The position numbers and the translations under genes were made by a program. From an uncultured beta proteobacterium (GTDB lineage Bacteria; Pseudomonadota; Gammaproteobacteria; Burkholderiales; Burkholderiaceae_C), in the NCBI GenBank assembly GCA_963756415.1, contig CAVWNT010000010.1, forward strand, positions 72,920 through 136,919: a DNA stretch of 64,000 nucleotides, read 5' to 3'. Shown piece by piece: positions 12,962 to 24,051 of the stretch (the first letter of the stretch is position 1; every line of letters begins with the position of its first letter). Below the pieces are notes generated by a model. That model searched no databases and had not been told where the DNA came from. It was given only the letters and a program-made list of their open reading frames with translations.

Positions 12962-13399
12962 CTACACCGACCAGCCCTGCGCAGCGGGCACCGCGCACAC
13001 CGGCTCGACGTCGATCGACGTGAAGTCGGCCGGGCCGACCACCTCCAGGTACTCCATGTCGGGCGAGTAGTCGAACAGGTAGTGGCGCACGCCGGGACGC
13101 TGGTGCACGCAGTCACCGGCGTTGACCAGCGTCTCCTGGTCCTCGTACATGAAGCGCGCCCAGCCGCGCAGCATGATCACGATGTGGAAGTCCGCCTCAT
13201 GGCGGTGCCAGCCGGTGCCTTTTTCGGGTGCGTTGTGCGCGATGACGAGTTGCGCGAGGACCTTGCCGCCGGTGGCCGCGGCGATGCCCAGGTCGCGGTA
13301 GAGGAAAAAATCGCGCAGGCCGTCGCCGCGGAAGACGGTGTCGCTGGGCCGCACATGTGAAAACGCGGTATCGGTGGCAGTCTTGACCTTGTCGAGCAT
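12962..13399 (-). CDS. Cupin domain protein
   Basis: Intact 145 aa: YRDLGIAAATGG, TGWHRHEADF, AGDCVHQRPGVRH. RBS GGAGG. Confidence 0.85.
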   Translation of the reverse strand: MLDKVKTATDTAFSHVRPSDTVFRGDGLRDFFLYRDLGIAAATGGKVLAQLVIAHNAPEKGTGWHRHEADFHIVIMLRGWARFMYEDQETLVNAGDCVHQRPGVRHYLFDYSPDMEYLEVVGPADFTSIDVEPVCAVPAAQGWSV

Positions 13400-13465
13400 C
13401 GTGGGCCTCCCCGGGCAGTTGAACGGTGGGCTCGCACACGCATGAACCGTTCCTGCCCCGATCGC

Positions 13466-14366
13466 TCAGCGCGGCACCAATTTCGCGCCGGTGATCTGCT
13501 CCTGCGCCTCGACCAGCGAGGGCACGAACTTGCCGCCGTGGCCGAGCGCGCAGGCCAGCACCAGCGACTGGTGCACGGCCTCGCCGACGATCGACGGCGA
13601 GCCCTGGCTCTTCGGCCAGGTGGGTGTAGTAGCGCACGTCCTTGCGCGCGTTGTTGAGCTCGAACTTCAGGCCGTCCATCTCGCCGTGCAAGCGTCTTGG
13701 CCATGGCCTGGAACAGGCCCGAATTGACCGGCCCGGCCGAGATCAGCTTGACCAGCTGGCCGCAGGTCGACGCCGGCGCGCTGGCCGACCGCGAAGGCCT
13801 CGGCGGTGGCGGTGCACACGGCCTGGGCGATGAAGTTGTTCAGCAGCTTGATGGTGTGGCCGGCGCCCGGCGCGCCGACGTGGAAGACGTTCTCGGCAAA
13901 ACACTGCAGCACCGGCTCGAGCAACGCCAGCTCGGCGCTGTCGGCACCGACCATGACGTTGAGCTTGCCCAGCTTCGGCCTCGACCGGCGTGCGCGACAA
14001 CGGCGCGTCGATCAGCTTCACGCCCGCGGCCGCGCAGCGCTCGCGCAGCATGGCGGTGGAATCGGGCTCGCTGGTCGAGCAGTCGACGATCAGCAGGCCG
14101 GCCTTGGCACCGGCGAGCAGGCCCTCGTCGCCGAGCAGCGCGGCCTCGACCTGCGGCGAGCCGGTGACACACAGGAAGACGATGTCCGATGCGCCGGCCA
14201 GTTCGCGCGCGCTGCCGGCACGCTTGGCACCGGCGGCCAGCAGATCGGCCACGCGCTCGCTGTTGCGGTGCACCGTGAGCGACAGCGTGTGGCCCTTGGC
14301 CAGCAGGTTCTTCGCCATGCCGTGGCCCATCATGCCCGAGGCGCCGATGAATCCGATGTGTGCCAT
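13466..14366 (-). CDS. Beta-hydroxyacid (3-hydroxyisobutyrate dehydrogenase family) NAD(P)-dependent oxidoreductase, frameshifted
   Basis: IGFIGASGMMGHGMAKNL, VDCSTSEP, DAPLSRTP, GAGHTIKLLNNF. Confidence 0.85.
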
Positions 14367-14368
14367 GT

Positions 14369-15922
14369 TCAATCTCCGTTGGGGGTTGTTCGTGCGGGGT
14401 GGGTGCCGGCCAGTGCCAGCTTCTGGTACAGGGTGGCGCGCGATATGCCGAGCAGCCGTGCGGTGGCCAGCTTGTTGCCGCCGGTGGCGTGCAGGGCCTC
14501 GCGGATCGCGCGCGCTTCGAGTTCGGCCACCGCCTGCGGCAGCGGCCGCAGCATGATCGGTGGCGCCACGGTGGCGGTGCCGGGGCGCGCGGCGATGCGG
14601 GCCGCTGCGGCGCGGTGATGACCTGGCGCGGCGCTGCATCCGCCGCCGCCACGCCGGCGAAGTGCAGCGCACCGAGCACCAGGTCGTCGGTCATCAGCGA
14701 GGCCTGTTCCAGCACGTTGCGCAGCTCGCGGATGTTGCCCGGCCAGCTGTGTTGCGCCAGCAGCTCCAGCGCGTCGTGTGTCAGCCCCTTGTGCGGCAGG
14801 CCGCTGCGCCGCGAGATGTCGTCGGCCAGCGCCTCGACCAGCGCTTCCAGGTCGTCGAGCCGCTCGCGCAGCGCCGGCAGCCGGATCGGCAGCACGTTGA
14901 GCCGGTAGTACAGGTCGGCGCGGAAGCTGCCAGCGGCCACCATCGCGCCGAGGTCGCGGCTGGTGGCGGCGATGACACGCACGTCGATGCGCTGCACCGT
15001 GTTGCTGCCCAGCGGCTCGAGTTCCTGTTCCTGCAGCACGCGCAGCAGCTTGGCCTGCAGCGCCAGCGGCATGTCGCCGATCTCGTCGAGCAGCAAGGTG
15101 CCGCCCTCGGCGGCCTTGAACTTGCCGTCGCGGCCCTTGCGCTCGGCGCCGGTGTAGGCGCCCGGCGCGACGCCGAAGAACTCGGCCTCGAGCAGCGCTT
15201 CGGGCACCGCGGCGATGTTGACGCCGACGAAGGGCTTGCCGGCGCGGGCGCTGGCGGCATGGATGCCCTGCGCCAGCAGTTCCTTGCCGGTGCCGGTTTC
15301 GCCCAGCAGCAGCACCGTGCTGTCGGTCTGCGCGACGCGCCGCGCCAGGCGCTTGACTTCCACCGCCGCCGCGCTGCTGCCGATGAAGCTGGCGATGCGG
15401 TGCTTGGGCCGGCGCTGCGCGGCCAGCTGCTGGCGCGCCGCGTCGAGCTCGGCCTGCAGGCGGCCGAACTTGGCCATCAGCGGCTGCATCGTGGTTTCGG
15501 GCTGGTCGAGCAGCACCATGCCGAAGGCGCCGATGACCTCGCCCGGCCTCGTTGCGCAGCGGCAGCCGGCTGACCAGGAAGGTGCCGGCCGTGTTGCTGA
15601 GCAGGTCGACCAGGATCGCCTTGCCGCTGTCGATGACGTGGCCCATCAGCGAGTTCGGCACCACCTCCTCGATCAGCCGGCCGACGAACTGCTCGGCGCG
15701 CTCGAAGCCCAGCGCCGGCAGGAACTGCCGGTAGCCGTCGCTGATCCAGACGATGCGGTGCTGGCGATCGACCACCATCATGCCCATCGCGGTGCTGGCG
15801 AAGACATCGAACATGCTGCGCGCCGCCAGCTCGAGCATGCGCCCGTCGCTCAGCGGCATGGCGATCGGACTGCTGGGGGCGGTGGGGGTGGCATCGGCAA
15901 GGGCGGGCTGGGGCGGGTGCAT
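14369..15922 (-). CDS. PAS-domain sigma54-dependent transcriptional activator (Fis-type HTH), frameshifted
   Basis: [17 protein letters not shown] loop, [49 protein letters not shown]. The start codon is uncertain. Confidence 0.9.
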   Translation of the reverse strand: MHPPQPALADATPTAPSSPIAMPLSDGRMLELAARSMFDVFASTAMGMMVVDRQHRIVWISDGYRQFLPALGFERAEQFVGRLIEEVVPNSLMGHVIDSGKAILVDLLSNTAGTFLVSRLPLRNEAGRGHRRLRHGAARPARNHDAAADGQVRPPAGRARRGAPAAGRAAPAQAPHRQLHRQQRGGGGSQAPGAARRADRQHGAAAGRNRHRQGTAGAGHPCRQRPRRQALRRRQHRRGARSAARGRVLRRRAGRLHRRRAQGPRRQVQGRRGRHLAARRDRRHAAGAAGQAAARAAGTGTRAAGQQHGAAHRRACHRRHQPRPRRDGGRWQLPRRPVLPAQRAADPAAGAARAARRPGSAGRGAGRRHLAAQRPAAQGADTRRAGAAGATQLAGQHPRAAQRAGTGLADDRRPGARCAALRRRGGGGCSAAPGHHRAAAARIAARPGTATVAPPIMLRPLPQAVAELEARAIREALHATGGNKLATARLLGISRATLYQKLALAGTHPARTTPNGD

Positions 15923-16008
15923 TTTCCATGCAAGCATCACACGCGGCGTGCGATTCGCGCGCCGGTGCCAAACCCATAATCGATCGATGCCGACTGCCGG
16001 GGACCCCG

Positions 16009-17318
16009 ATGCTCGATGAATTGCGCCAGGCCGCGGCCCGGCAACGCGCGGCGCAACAGCTGCGCAGCCTGATCTTCGGCTGCAAGCGGCTGCTGTCCGA
16101 GCGCGGCGAGACCAACAGCATGGCCATCGCGCGGCAGCTGATCGAACGGCTCGAGGCGATGGAGGACGAGCAGCTGGGCGCCTTCTTCGCCTACCTGGCG
16201 CTCGACCTGAGCCCGGAGCCGAAGGCGGTGCTGCAGGCCGCGCAGGCCTACGCCGACAGCCCCGATGCGGCGACCTTGATCAAGCTCACGCGCATCGCCG
16301 AGCCGCCGCGCCAGGAACTGCTGCGCCGGCTCGAACCGCAGCCCCGGCGGCACCGCCACGCTGGTGCGGCTGCGCCGCGAGCTGCTGCGGCGGCTGCGCA
16401 AGCAGCCCGAGCTGCAGGCGCTGGAGTCGGACATGCTGCATCTGTTCAGCTCGTGGTTCAACCCGGGCTTCCTGCAGATGCGGCGCGTCGACTGGAACTC
16501 GCCGGCCAAGCTGCTGGAAAAGATCATCCACCACGAGGCGGTGCATGCCATCGACGGCTGGGACGACCTGCGCCGGCGGCTGCAGCCCGACCGGCGCTGC
16601 TTCGCCTTCTTCCACCCGCAGCTGCCCGACGAGCCGCTGATCTTCGTCGAGGTGGCGCTGCTGCCGGAGATGCCGGCGGCGATCGCGCCGCTGATCGACA
16701 AGGTCTCGACGCCGCTGGCGGCCGATCGCTTCCGCGTCGCCGCGTTCTACAGCATCAGCAACTGCGAGCGCGGCCTGAGCAACGTCTCGCTCGGCAACTT
16801 CCTGATCAAGAGCGTGGCCGAGCAGCTGCAGCGCGAGCTGCCGCGCCTGCGCAGCTTCTGCACCCTGTCGCCGGTGCCCGGCTTCGCCGCCTGGCTGCTC
16901 GCCGAGCCGGTGTTCACCGAGCTGCCGAACCTGCGCCGCAACGTGGCCGGCGATTTCGACGCCGCGCGCGAGCACCTGCGCGAGCTGTGCGGCGGCGACC
17001 TGGCGGTGCTGCAGTCGCGCGTCGATCCACGACAAGCTGGACAAGGAATCGCAGGCCGCGCTGCTGACCTTGTGCTCGGCCTACCTGCTGCACCTGTCGC
17101 CGACACCCGACGGTGACCCGGTGGCGCGCTTCCACCTCGACAACGGCGCGCGGCTCGAGCGCCTCAACGCACGTGGCAACATGTCGCCGAAGGGCCTGAA
17201 ACAATCCTTCGGCGTGATGGTGAACTACCTGTACGACCTGGACAAGATCGAAGCCAGCCATGAGAAGTTCAAGGCCGGCGAAGTGGCCCGTTCGCGGGCC
17301 GTGCACACCCTGATGTAG
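16009..17318 (+). CDS. matA: Malonyl-CoA decarboxylase, frameshifted
   Basis: [68 protein letters not shown]. Confidence 0.92.
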
Positions 17319-17344
17319 GCGGGCAGAACGATGAGAACCGAGCG

Positions 17345-18118
17345 ATGAGCGCAGAAGTCCGCTGGGTTGCCGGTGATGAGCACGGCGTGGCACGGGTGGT
17401 GATCCACCATGCCGGCAAGCAGAACGCGTTGAACATGGCCATGTGGCAGCAGCTGCGCGCCGGCTTCGAGCAGCTGAAGGCCGATGGCGGCGCGCGGGTG
17501 GTGGTCATCGGCGGCGACGGCGCGCACTTCGCCGCCGGGGGCGACATCGACGAGTTCCCGCTGTTCCGCTTCGACGCCGACCAGCTGCGCCGCTTCCACG
17601 AGGTCATCGTCGCGCCGGCGCTGCGCGCGCTGCTCGATTGCGAGCTGCCGGTGCTGGCGGCGATCGAGGGCTCGTGCATCGGCGGCGGCCTGGAGATCGC
17701 CGCCTGCTGCGATCTGCGCATCGCCGCGCGCAGCAGCCGCTTCGGCATCCCGATCGCGCGCCTGGGCTTTCCGCTGGCGCCTTCCGAGGCGCAGATCGTG
17801 CACCGCATGCTCGGCGATGCGCTGCTGCGCGAGCTGCTGCTCGAAGCGCGGTTGCTCGGCGCCGACGAAGCGTTCGCTCGCGGCATCGTCAGCCGCGTCG
17901 TCGACGACGGCCAGGCGCTGGTCGAGGCGATGACCAGCGCGACGCGCATCGCCGCGTTGTCGCCGCAGGCACACCGGCTGAACAAGCGCACGCTGGCGCA
18001 GATCGCCGATGGCGGGCCGAGCGCGGCCGAGCGCGACGAGCACTTCGCCTACGCCGATTCGGCCGAGCACCGCGAGGGCCTCGCCGCCTTCATCGACAAG
18101 CGCCCTGCCCGCTTCTGA
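17345..18118 (+). CDS. Enoyl-CoA hydratase/isomerase family protein
   Basis: Intact 257 aa: FAAGGDI, CIGGGLEIAACCDLRIA, EGLAAFIDKR. Confidence 0.88.
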   Translation: MSAEVRWVAGDEHGVARVVIHHAGKQNALNMAMWQQLRAGFEQLKADGGARVVVIGGDGAHFAAGGDIDEFPLFRFDADQLRRFHEVIVAPALRALLDCELPVLAAIEGSCIGGGLEIAACCDLRIAARSSRFGIPIARLGFPLAPSEAQIVHRMLGDALLRELLLEARLLGADEAFARGIVSRVVDDGQALVEAMTSATRIAALSPQAHRLNKRTLAQIADGGPSAAERDEHFAYADSAEHREGLAAFIDKRPARF

Positions 18119-18126
18119 TCGCGACC

Positions 18127-19662
18127 ATGAGCAACCTGTACAGCGCCTTGCGCGAGGGCTTCGGCGCCGACCTCGACAGCATCGCCATCGAAACCGCCGA
18201 CGGGCCCGGCGCACCGCTGCGCTACCGCTGGCGCGACCTCGAACGCGGCAGCGCGATGATCGCCAACCTGCTCGAATCGCTGCAGCTGCCGGCCGGCGCG
18301 CGCGTGGCGGTGCAGACCGAGAAGAGCGTCGAGGCGCTGATGCTGTACCTGGCGGTGCTGCGCGCCGGCCTGGTCTATCTGCCGCTGAACAACGCCTACC
18401 AGGCCGCCGAGATCGAATATTTCATCGGCAATGCCGAGCCCTCGGTGGTGGTGTGCGCGGGCCGCAACTTCGGCTGGATCAGCAAGCTCGCCTTTCGTGC
18501 CGGCACCCAGAACGTCTTCACGTTGAACGACGATCGCAGCGGCAGCCTGCTCGAAAGGGCCGCTCGCCACAGTGACCAGCATGCGGTGGCGCCGCGGCGC
18601 AGCGACGACCTGGCCGCGATCCTGTACACCAGCGGCACCACCGGGCGCAGCAAGGGCGCGATGCTGTCGCACGGCAACCTGCTGAGCAACGCGCAGGTGC
18701 TGAAGGACTACTGGGGCTGGCGCAGCGACGATGTGCTGATCCATGCGCTGCCGATCTTTCATGTGCACGGCCTGTTCGTCGCCTCGCACGGCGCACTGCT
18801 GGCCGGCGCGAAGATGATCTGGTTCGCGAAGTTCGATGCCGCCGCGGTGGTCGCCCGCCTGGCCGAGGCGACCGTGTTCATGGGCGTGCCGACGCTGTAC
18901 GTGCGCATGCTCGGCGAGCCGGCGCTGAGCCGCGAGCAGTGCCGCCACATGCGCCTGTTCATCGCCGGCTCGGCGCCGCTGCTGATCGAGACCTTCGACG
19001 CCTGGCGCGAGCGCACCGGCCACACCATCCTCGAGCGCTACGGCATGAGCGAGACGGCGATGCTGACCTCGAACCCCTATGACGCGGCCGAGGGCGAGCG
19101 CCGCGGCGGCACGGTCGGGCGGCCGCTGCCCGGGGTGCGGCTGCGCGTGCACGATGAACATGGCCAGCCGCTGCCGGCCGGCCACATCGGCGCCATCCAG
19201 GTCAAGGGGCCGAACGTGTTCAGCGGCTACTGGCGCATGCCCGACAAGACCAAGGAGGAGTTCACCGCCGACGGCTGGTTCAAGACCGGCGACGTCGGCA
19301 AGGTCGACGCCGACGGTTGCGTCAGCATCGTCGGGCGCAGCAAGGACCTGATCATCAGCGGCGGCTACAACGTCTACCCGGCCGAGATCGAGGCGCAGAT
19401 CAACGCGCTGCCCGGGGTCGCCGAATCGGCGGTGATCGGCGTGCCGCACGCCGATTTCGGCGAGGCCGGCGTCGCGATCCTGGTGGCCAAGCCGGATGCG
19501 GCGCTGCACGGCGAGGCGATCATCGGCGCGCTGAAGGCCTCGATCGCCAACTTCAAGGTGCCGAAGGCGGTGTTCATCGTGCCGGAGCTGCCGCGCAACA
19601 CGATGGGCAAGGTGCAGAAGAACCTGCTGCGCGAACAGCACGCGGCGCTGTTCGACCGATGA
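18127..19662 (+). CDS. matB: Malonyl-CoA synthetase
   Basis: LYTSGTTGRSKGAM, LPIFHVHGLFVA, ILERYGMSET, FKTGDVG, PRNTMGKVQK. Clustered with matA. Confidence 0.9.
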   Translation: MSNLYSALREGFGADLDSIAIETADGPGAPLRYRWRDLERGSAMIANLLESLQLPAGARVAVQTEKSVEALMLYLAVLRAGLVYLPLNNAYQAAEIEYFIGNAEPSVVVCAGRNFGWISKLAFRAGTQNVFTLNDDRSGSLLERAARHSDQHAVAPRRSDDLAAILYTSGTTGRSKGAMLSHGNLLSNAQVLKDYWGWRSDDVLIHALPIFHVHGLFVASHGALLAGAKMIWFAKFDAAAVVARLAEATVFMGVPTLYVRMLGEPALSREQCRHMRLFIAGSAPLLIETFDAWRERTGHTILERYGMSETAMLTSNPYDAAEGERRGGTVGRPLPGVRLRVHDEHGQPLPAGHIGAIQVKGPNVFSGYWRMPDKTKEEFTADGWFKTGDVGKVDADGCVSIVGRSKDLIISGGYNVYPAEIEAQINALPGVAESAVIGVPHADFGEAGVAILVAKPDAALHGEAIIGALKASIANFKVPKAVFIVPELPRNTMGKVQKNLLREQHAALFDR

Positions 19663-19886
19663 GCGCGGTCAGCGACCGCTGCCCACGCTGCGGCGGCGGC
19701 TTCCACTGCGGCATCAACGATGCACAGCCTTGCGCCTGCACGGCGATCGCCCTGAAGCCCGAGATGTTGACCGCGCTGCGCCTGCAGTTCGAAGGCTGCC
19801 TGTGCCTGGCTTGCCTGCGCGTGCTGGCCGCGTCCGCGGGTTTGCCACAGCGCGCCGCGCCGCCCAACGAAGAAAAAATGACGTAG
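19659..19886 (+). CDS. Cysteine-rich CWC-family small protein
   Basis: CPRCGGGFHCG...PCAC...CLCLACL. ATGA overlap with matB. Confidence 0.7.
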   Translation: MSAVSDRCPRCGGGFHCGINDAQPCACTAIALKPEMLTALRLQFEGCLCLACLRVLAASAGLPQRAAPPNEEKMT

Positions 19887-19944
19887 TCAGCCGCCGCGAG
19901 CGGGCCGTCGCCCATCGCCGTTGCCGACGCACTGGAGAGATGCC

Positions 19945-21852
19945 ATGAACCGCGCCCATCTGCTCGACAGCGTCATCGGCGAAGACATGCCGGTGTTCGA
20001 CTCCGCCGCCGACGTGCAGGCCTTCGAGGCCAGCGCCACCTACGACGAGCGCATCGCCGCACACAGCACCTACGAGGCACTGCAACGCGGTGCGGCGCGC
20101 GACCCCGAGGCGCCGGCGCTGGTGTTCCTGCGCAAGGCCGACCCCGACGAGCAGCCGGTGACCTTGAGCCACGCGCAGTTCCTGGCGCGGGTCACGCAGG
20201 CGGCGAACATGTTCGTCGACCTGGGCATCGGCCCCGACGACGTGGTCAGCTTCCTGCTGCCGTTGTTGCCGCAGGCCTATTTCGGCATCCTCGGTGCGCA
20301 GGCCGCCGGCATCGCCAACCCGGTGAACCCGTTGCTGTCGGCCGCGCAGCTGGCGGAGATCCTGCGCGCCGCGCGCACCAAGGTGCTGGTCACGCTCGGC
20401 CCGGTTCCCGGCAGCGACATCTGGGACAAGGTGCAGCAGATCCGCGGCGATCTGCCGCTGCTGAAGGCGATCCTGGTGATCCCCGGCGGTGCCGACGAGG
20501 CGCACGCGGTGCTCGACTTCGACAAGGAGCTCGCCAAGCACCCGTCGGACAAGCTCACCAGCGATCGGCGCATCCAGTCCACCGACACCGCCGGCTACTT
20601 CCACACCGGCGGCACCACCGGCACGCCCAAGCTGGTGCGCCACACCCATGGCAACCAGGTCTACCAGGCCTGGGCCCTGCGGCTGACCTTGCCGATCGAC
20701 AGCGGGGCGATCCTGTGCGGCCTGCCGCTGTTCCACGTCGGCGGTGCGCTGACGCAGGGGCTGGCCAACCTGGCCGGCGGCGGCACGCTGGTGGTGCTGA
20801 GCCCGTCGGGCTGGCGCAACCCGGAAGCCATACGCAATGCCTGGAAGCTGGTCGAGCGCTACCGGCCGGCCATCTTCGGCGGCGTGCCGACGGTGCTGGC
20901 CGCGGCGCTGACGGTGCCGGTGGGCGATGCCGACATCTCCAGCGTCAGCGTCGCCTCGGGCGGCGGCTCGGCGATTCCGCTGGCGGTGTGCAAGGCCTAT
21001 GCCGAACTGATCCACGGCCCGGTGCTCGAGGTCTACGGCATGACCGAGACCTCCAGCGTGCACACCATGAGCTACCCCGACCGGCCGCTGCGCCTGGGCT
21101 CGGTGGGCCACGCGCTGCCCTACAGCCGGGTGCGCATCGTCAAGGTCGACGGCGAGGGCGCCTACCTGGGCGAGTGCGCGGTGAACGAGATCGGCGTGGT
21201 GGCGATGGCCGGCCCGGGCGTGTTCAGCGGCTACCTGAGCGAGACGCACAACCGCGGCGCCTTCATCGAGCCCGGCTGGGTGAACTCCGGCGATCTGGGC
21301 CGGCTCGACGAGGACGGCTACCTGTGGATCACCGGCCGCGCCAAGGACCTGATCATCCGCGGCGGCCACAACATCGACCCGCTGGCCATCGAGGAGGTGT
21401 TCTTCCAGCACCCGGCGGTGGCGCTGGCGGCGGTGGTCAGCCAGCCGGATGCCTATGCCGGCGAATTGCCGGTGGCCTATGTGCAGGCCAAGCCGGGCAC
21501 GACGATCGATGTCGACGAGCTGCTCGATTTCGTGCGCCAGCGCACGCCCGAACGCGCGGCGGTGCCGGTGAAGCTGTATGTCATCGACACCATTCCGCTG
21601 ACCGGCGTGGGCAAGGTCTTCAAGCCGGCCTTGCGCCTCGATGCGGCACGCAGGCTGGTCAGCGGGCTGCTGGCCGACCTGGCGCCTGCCGGCGCGACCC
21701 TCGCCGTCGCGGTGGACAGCCACGCGGTGCATGGCACCTTGATCGGCGTGTCGATCCACGGTGTCGCCGAGGCGGCGCGTGAGGCGCTCGGCCAGCGCGT
21801 GCACGAGCGGCTGAACCCGCTGCAGCTGCGCCACGAGATCGCCTGGTCCTGA
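19945..21852 (+). CDS. Acyl-CoA synthetase (AMP-forming)
   Basis: Intact ORF: YFHTGGTTGTPK, EVYGMTE, NSGDLG, RAKDLIIRGGHNIDP, TGVGKVFK. RBS GGAGA. Confidence 0.9.
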   Translation: MNRAHLLDSVIGEDMPVFDSAADVQAFEASATYDERIAAHSTYEALQRGAARDPEAPALVFLRKADPDEQPVTLSHAQFLARVTQAANMFVDLGIGPDDVVSFLLPLLPQAYFGILGAQAAGIANPVNPLLSAAQLAEILRAARTKVLVTLGPVPGSDIWDKVQQIRGDLPLLKAILVIPGGADEAHAVLDFDKELAKHPSDKLTSDRRIQSTDTAGYFHTGGTTGTPKLVRHTHGNQVYQAWALRLTLPIDSGAILCGLPLFHVGGALTQGLANLAGGGTLVVLSPSGWRNPEAIRNAWKLVERYRPAIFGGVPTVLAAALTVPVGDADISSVSVASGGGSAIPLAVCKAYAELIHGPVLEVYGMTETSSVHTMSYPDRPLRLGSVGHALPYSRVRIVKVDGEGAYLGECAVNEIGVVAMAGPGVFSGYLSETHNRGAFIEPGWVNSGDLGRLDEDGYLWITGRAKDLIIRGGHNIDPLAIEEVFFQHPAVALAAVVSQPDAYAGELPVAYVQAKPGTTIDVDELLDFVRQRTPERAAVPVKLYVIDTIPLTGVGKVFKPALRLDAARRLVSGLLADLAPAGATLAVAVDSHAVHGTLIGVSIHGVAEAAREALGQRVHERLNPLQLRHEIAWS

Positions 21853-21998
21853 GGGAGGGCGGCACCGCTCGTTGCGCAACGGCGGCACCTCCTCGAATCT
21901 GGGGATTGAACCGCAAGGAAGGCAACACCAGACTGCGTCGCGGTCCGCGGCGAAAGCCAGCGATCGTGGTTCCGCGTCAATCCACCCCAGGAGACACC

Positions 21999-22583
21999 AT
22001 GAAACTCGAAGTCATTGCCGTTGCGGCGCTGTGCACGCTTGTCAGCGTTGCGGCCCAGGCCCATGAAGTGGTCTACAACGTCACCCTCGGCGGAGCCAGC
22101 GAGGCACCCCCCAACAACTCACCGGCGACCGGCACCGCCACCGTGACGTTCGATCTGGATCTGGCGACGATGCGTTTGCAGACCAGCTTCAGCGGCCTCA
22201 CCGGTACAACCACTGCGGCACACATCCACTGCTGCACGGCGCTGCCCGGGGAAGGTACCGCGGGCGTGGCGACACAGTTGCCGTCGTTCATCGGCTTTCC
22301 GCTCGGCGTCGACGCCGGCAGCTTCGACGGCAGCTTCGACTTAAGCAACGCCGCCAGCTACAACCCGGCATTCGTCACCGCCAATGGCTCGGTCAGCGGC
22401 GCAATGAACGCGCTGTTGGCGGGCGCCGCCGGTGGCGCGGCCTACCTGAACCTTCACACCACGACATTTCCCGGCGGTGAGATTCGCGGTTTCCTGGCAC
22501 CGGTGCCCGAAGTGTCGAGCGTCGCGTTGATGGCGCTGGGCCTGTTGACCGTCGCTGCCGTTGCGCGGCGCCGCGTTCACTGA
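21999..22583 (+). CDS. CHRD-domain protein with PEP-CTERM sorting signal
   Basis: Signal peptide, AAHIHCC, YLNLHTTTFPGGEIRG, then VPEVSS, a hydrophobic helix and RRR. Confidence 0.85.
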   Translation: MKLEVIAVAALCTLVSVAAQAHEVVYNVTLGGASEAPPNNSPATGTATVTFDLDLATMRLQTSFSGLTGTTTAAHIHCCTALPGEGTAGVATQLPSFIGFPLGVDAGSFDGSFDLSNAASYNPAFVTANGSVSGAMNALLAGAAGGAAYLNLHTTTFPGGEIRGFLAPVPEVSSVALMALGLLTVAAVARRRVH

Positions 22584-22670
22584 AGCACTTGCACGTGGCA
22601 GGCACAGCACAGCGCGCTCGGGCCTGCTGCCTGGCCGCGACGCCCGGTGCCGGCGCGCCGCGCCGGCGGA

Positions 22671-23851
22671 TCAGAACTGCAAGGCCATCTGCAAGCGCAC
22701 GCTGCGGCCATCGGCATCACAGGATTGACCGGCGCACAGCGGCGCCAGCGCCTGCGCCTCGCTGCTGCCGAGCAGGTTGAGCACGCTCAGCGACAGCTGC
22801 AGGCCCTGCACCAGCTCGTCGCTGCTCAGGCGCAGCGTGGACAGCAGCCCCGAGCGCAGGTTGCCATCGCTGCCGATGCGCCCGGCGTCATACAGCCATT
22901 CGCTACCCAGCTGCAGCCCGGCCCAGGGCAGCGGCGTCGACAGCATCAGCTTGCCCAGCCGCTGCGGCACCTCGAGCAGCGCCTGCCCGCCGGCGGTGGC
23001 CGCCTGGCGCCACGACGCGCTGCCGCTCAGGTGGGTGCCCGCGGCCCAGCGTTGTTCGGCCGACACCTCGACGCCGCTGGCGTGCACCGTTTCGCCGGCC
23101 AGCCAGAGGGATCCGCCGCCGTCGGGTTCGGCCACGACTGCCGTGGTGTCGGCCGACGACCAGGCATAGGCGGTGGCGCGCAGGCGCAGGCCACCGCCCA
23201 GGCGCTGATCGGCCTCGGCCTCGACAGCCGAGACCCGATCGCCGCGCAGCGGCGGCAGCGCATGCAGCGTGCTGCCGGGTTCGAAGCCGGCCTCGCCCGG
23301 CAGCGGCGTGCGCTCGGCCCGGCCGTAGCGCAGCTGCAGCAGGGTGTCGGCGCCGGTGCGCCAGGCGAAGGCCGCGCGCGGGCGCATCAACGTGCGCGAA
23401 TCGGTGTCGCGGTCGAGCCTCACGCCCAGCGTGGCCGCCAGTGACGGCAGCAACTGCCAGCGGTCGTGCGCGTACACGCCGATGCGGTAGGCCGAAGCCC
23501 CGGCGCTGAGCGCCTGCTCGCTGGGCGTGACCAGCGCGTCGCCGTCGGCGGCACGGATGTCCACGCCGAGCACGGCCTTGTGTCCGTCGCCATCGACGTC
23601 GAGCACGCGCAGGTCGTTCGCCGGCGCGCATGCTCGCCGGGAAACGACGGGCTGCTGCGGGCACCGCCGACGATCTGCGACGCAGCGGCGGGCAGCACAT
23701 CGATCGCTCGCCGGGCGCGGCCAGCGTCCAGCGGTCGAAGGCCGCGGCCGTCGGCGCCTGTGTGGCGGCCAGCAGCGCCAGCACCAGCGGCAACGCGGCC
23801 CAGGCACGACGGGCGGGACGGCGTTCGCGGGCGAGTCAGGGATTTCGACAT
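22671..23851 (-). CDS. Outer-membrane beta-barrel resembling the C-terminal half of a TonB-dependent receptor, N-terminus frameshifted
   Basis: GVYAHDRWQL, TLGVRLD, PRAAFAW, YGRAERTP, SGVEVSAE, LSLSVLNLL, GRSVRLQMALQF (terminal Phe). A signal-like LVLALLAA segment lies upstream. The start is uncertain. Confidence 0.6.
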
Positions 23852-24051
23852 GGCACGGTGTCTGGTCCGAGTTGCCGCTCGATTCTGCGGCGCACGATGT
23901 CGCCGCGGCCGGTCCGGCGAGGCGCACGGCCGGCGACTGTGATGCGGTCGCAGTTCGCACTTCGCACGATCGCGGCTGCAAACGGACCCGGCAACAGTTG
24001 CACCGGATGCATGCGCGACAGGGCAGTGTTCTACCGCGGGCCGCTCGCGCC

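Noticed and set aside
23852-24051. Cobalamin riboswitch upstream of the TonB-like gene
   Set aside because: Only a GCAACTGT fragment is present on the minus strand. The GGGAA, GCCACTG and AGYCAGRAGAC elements are not found in order.
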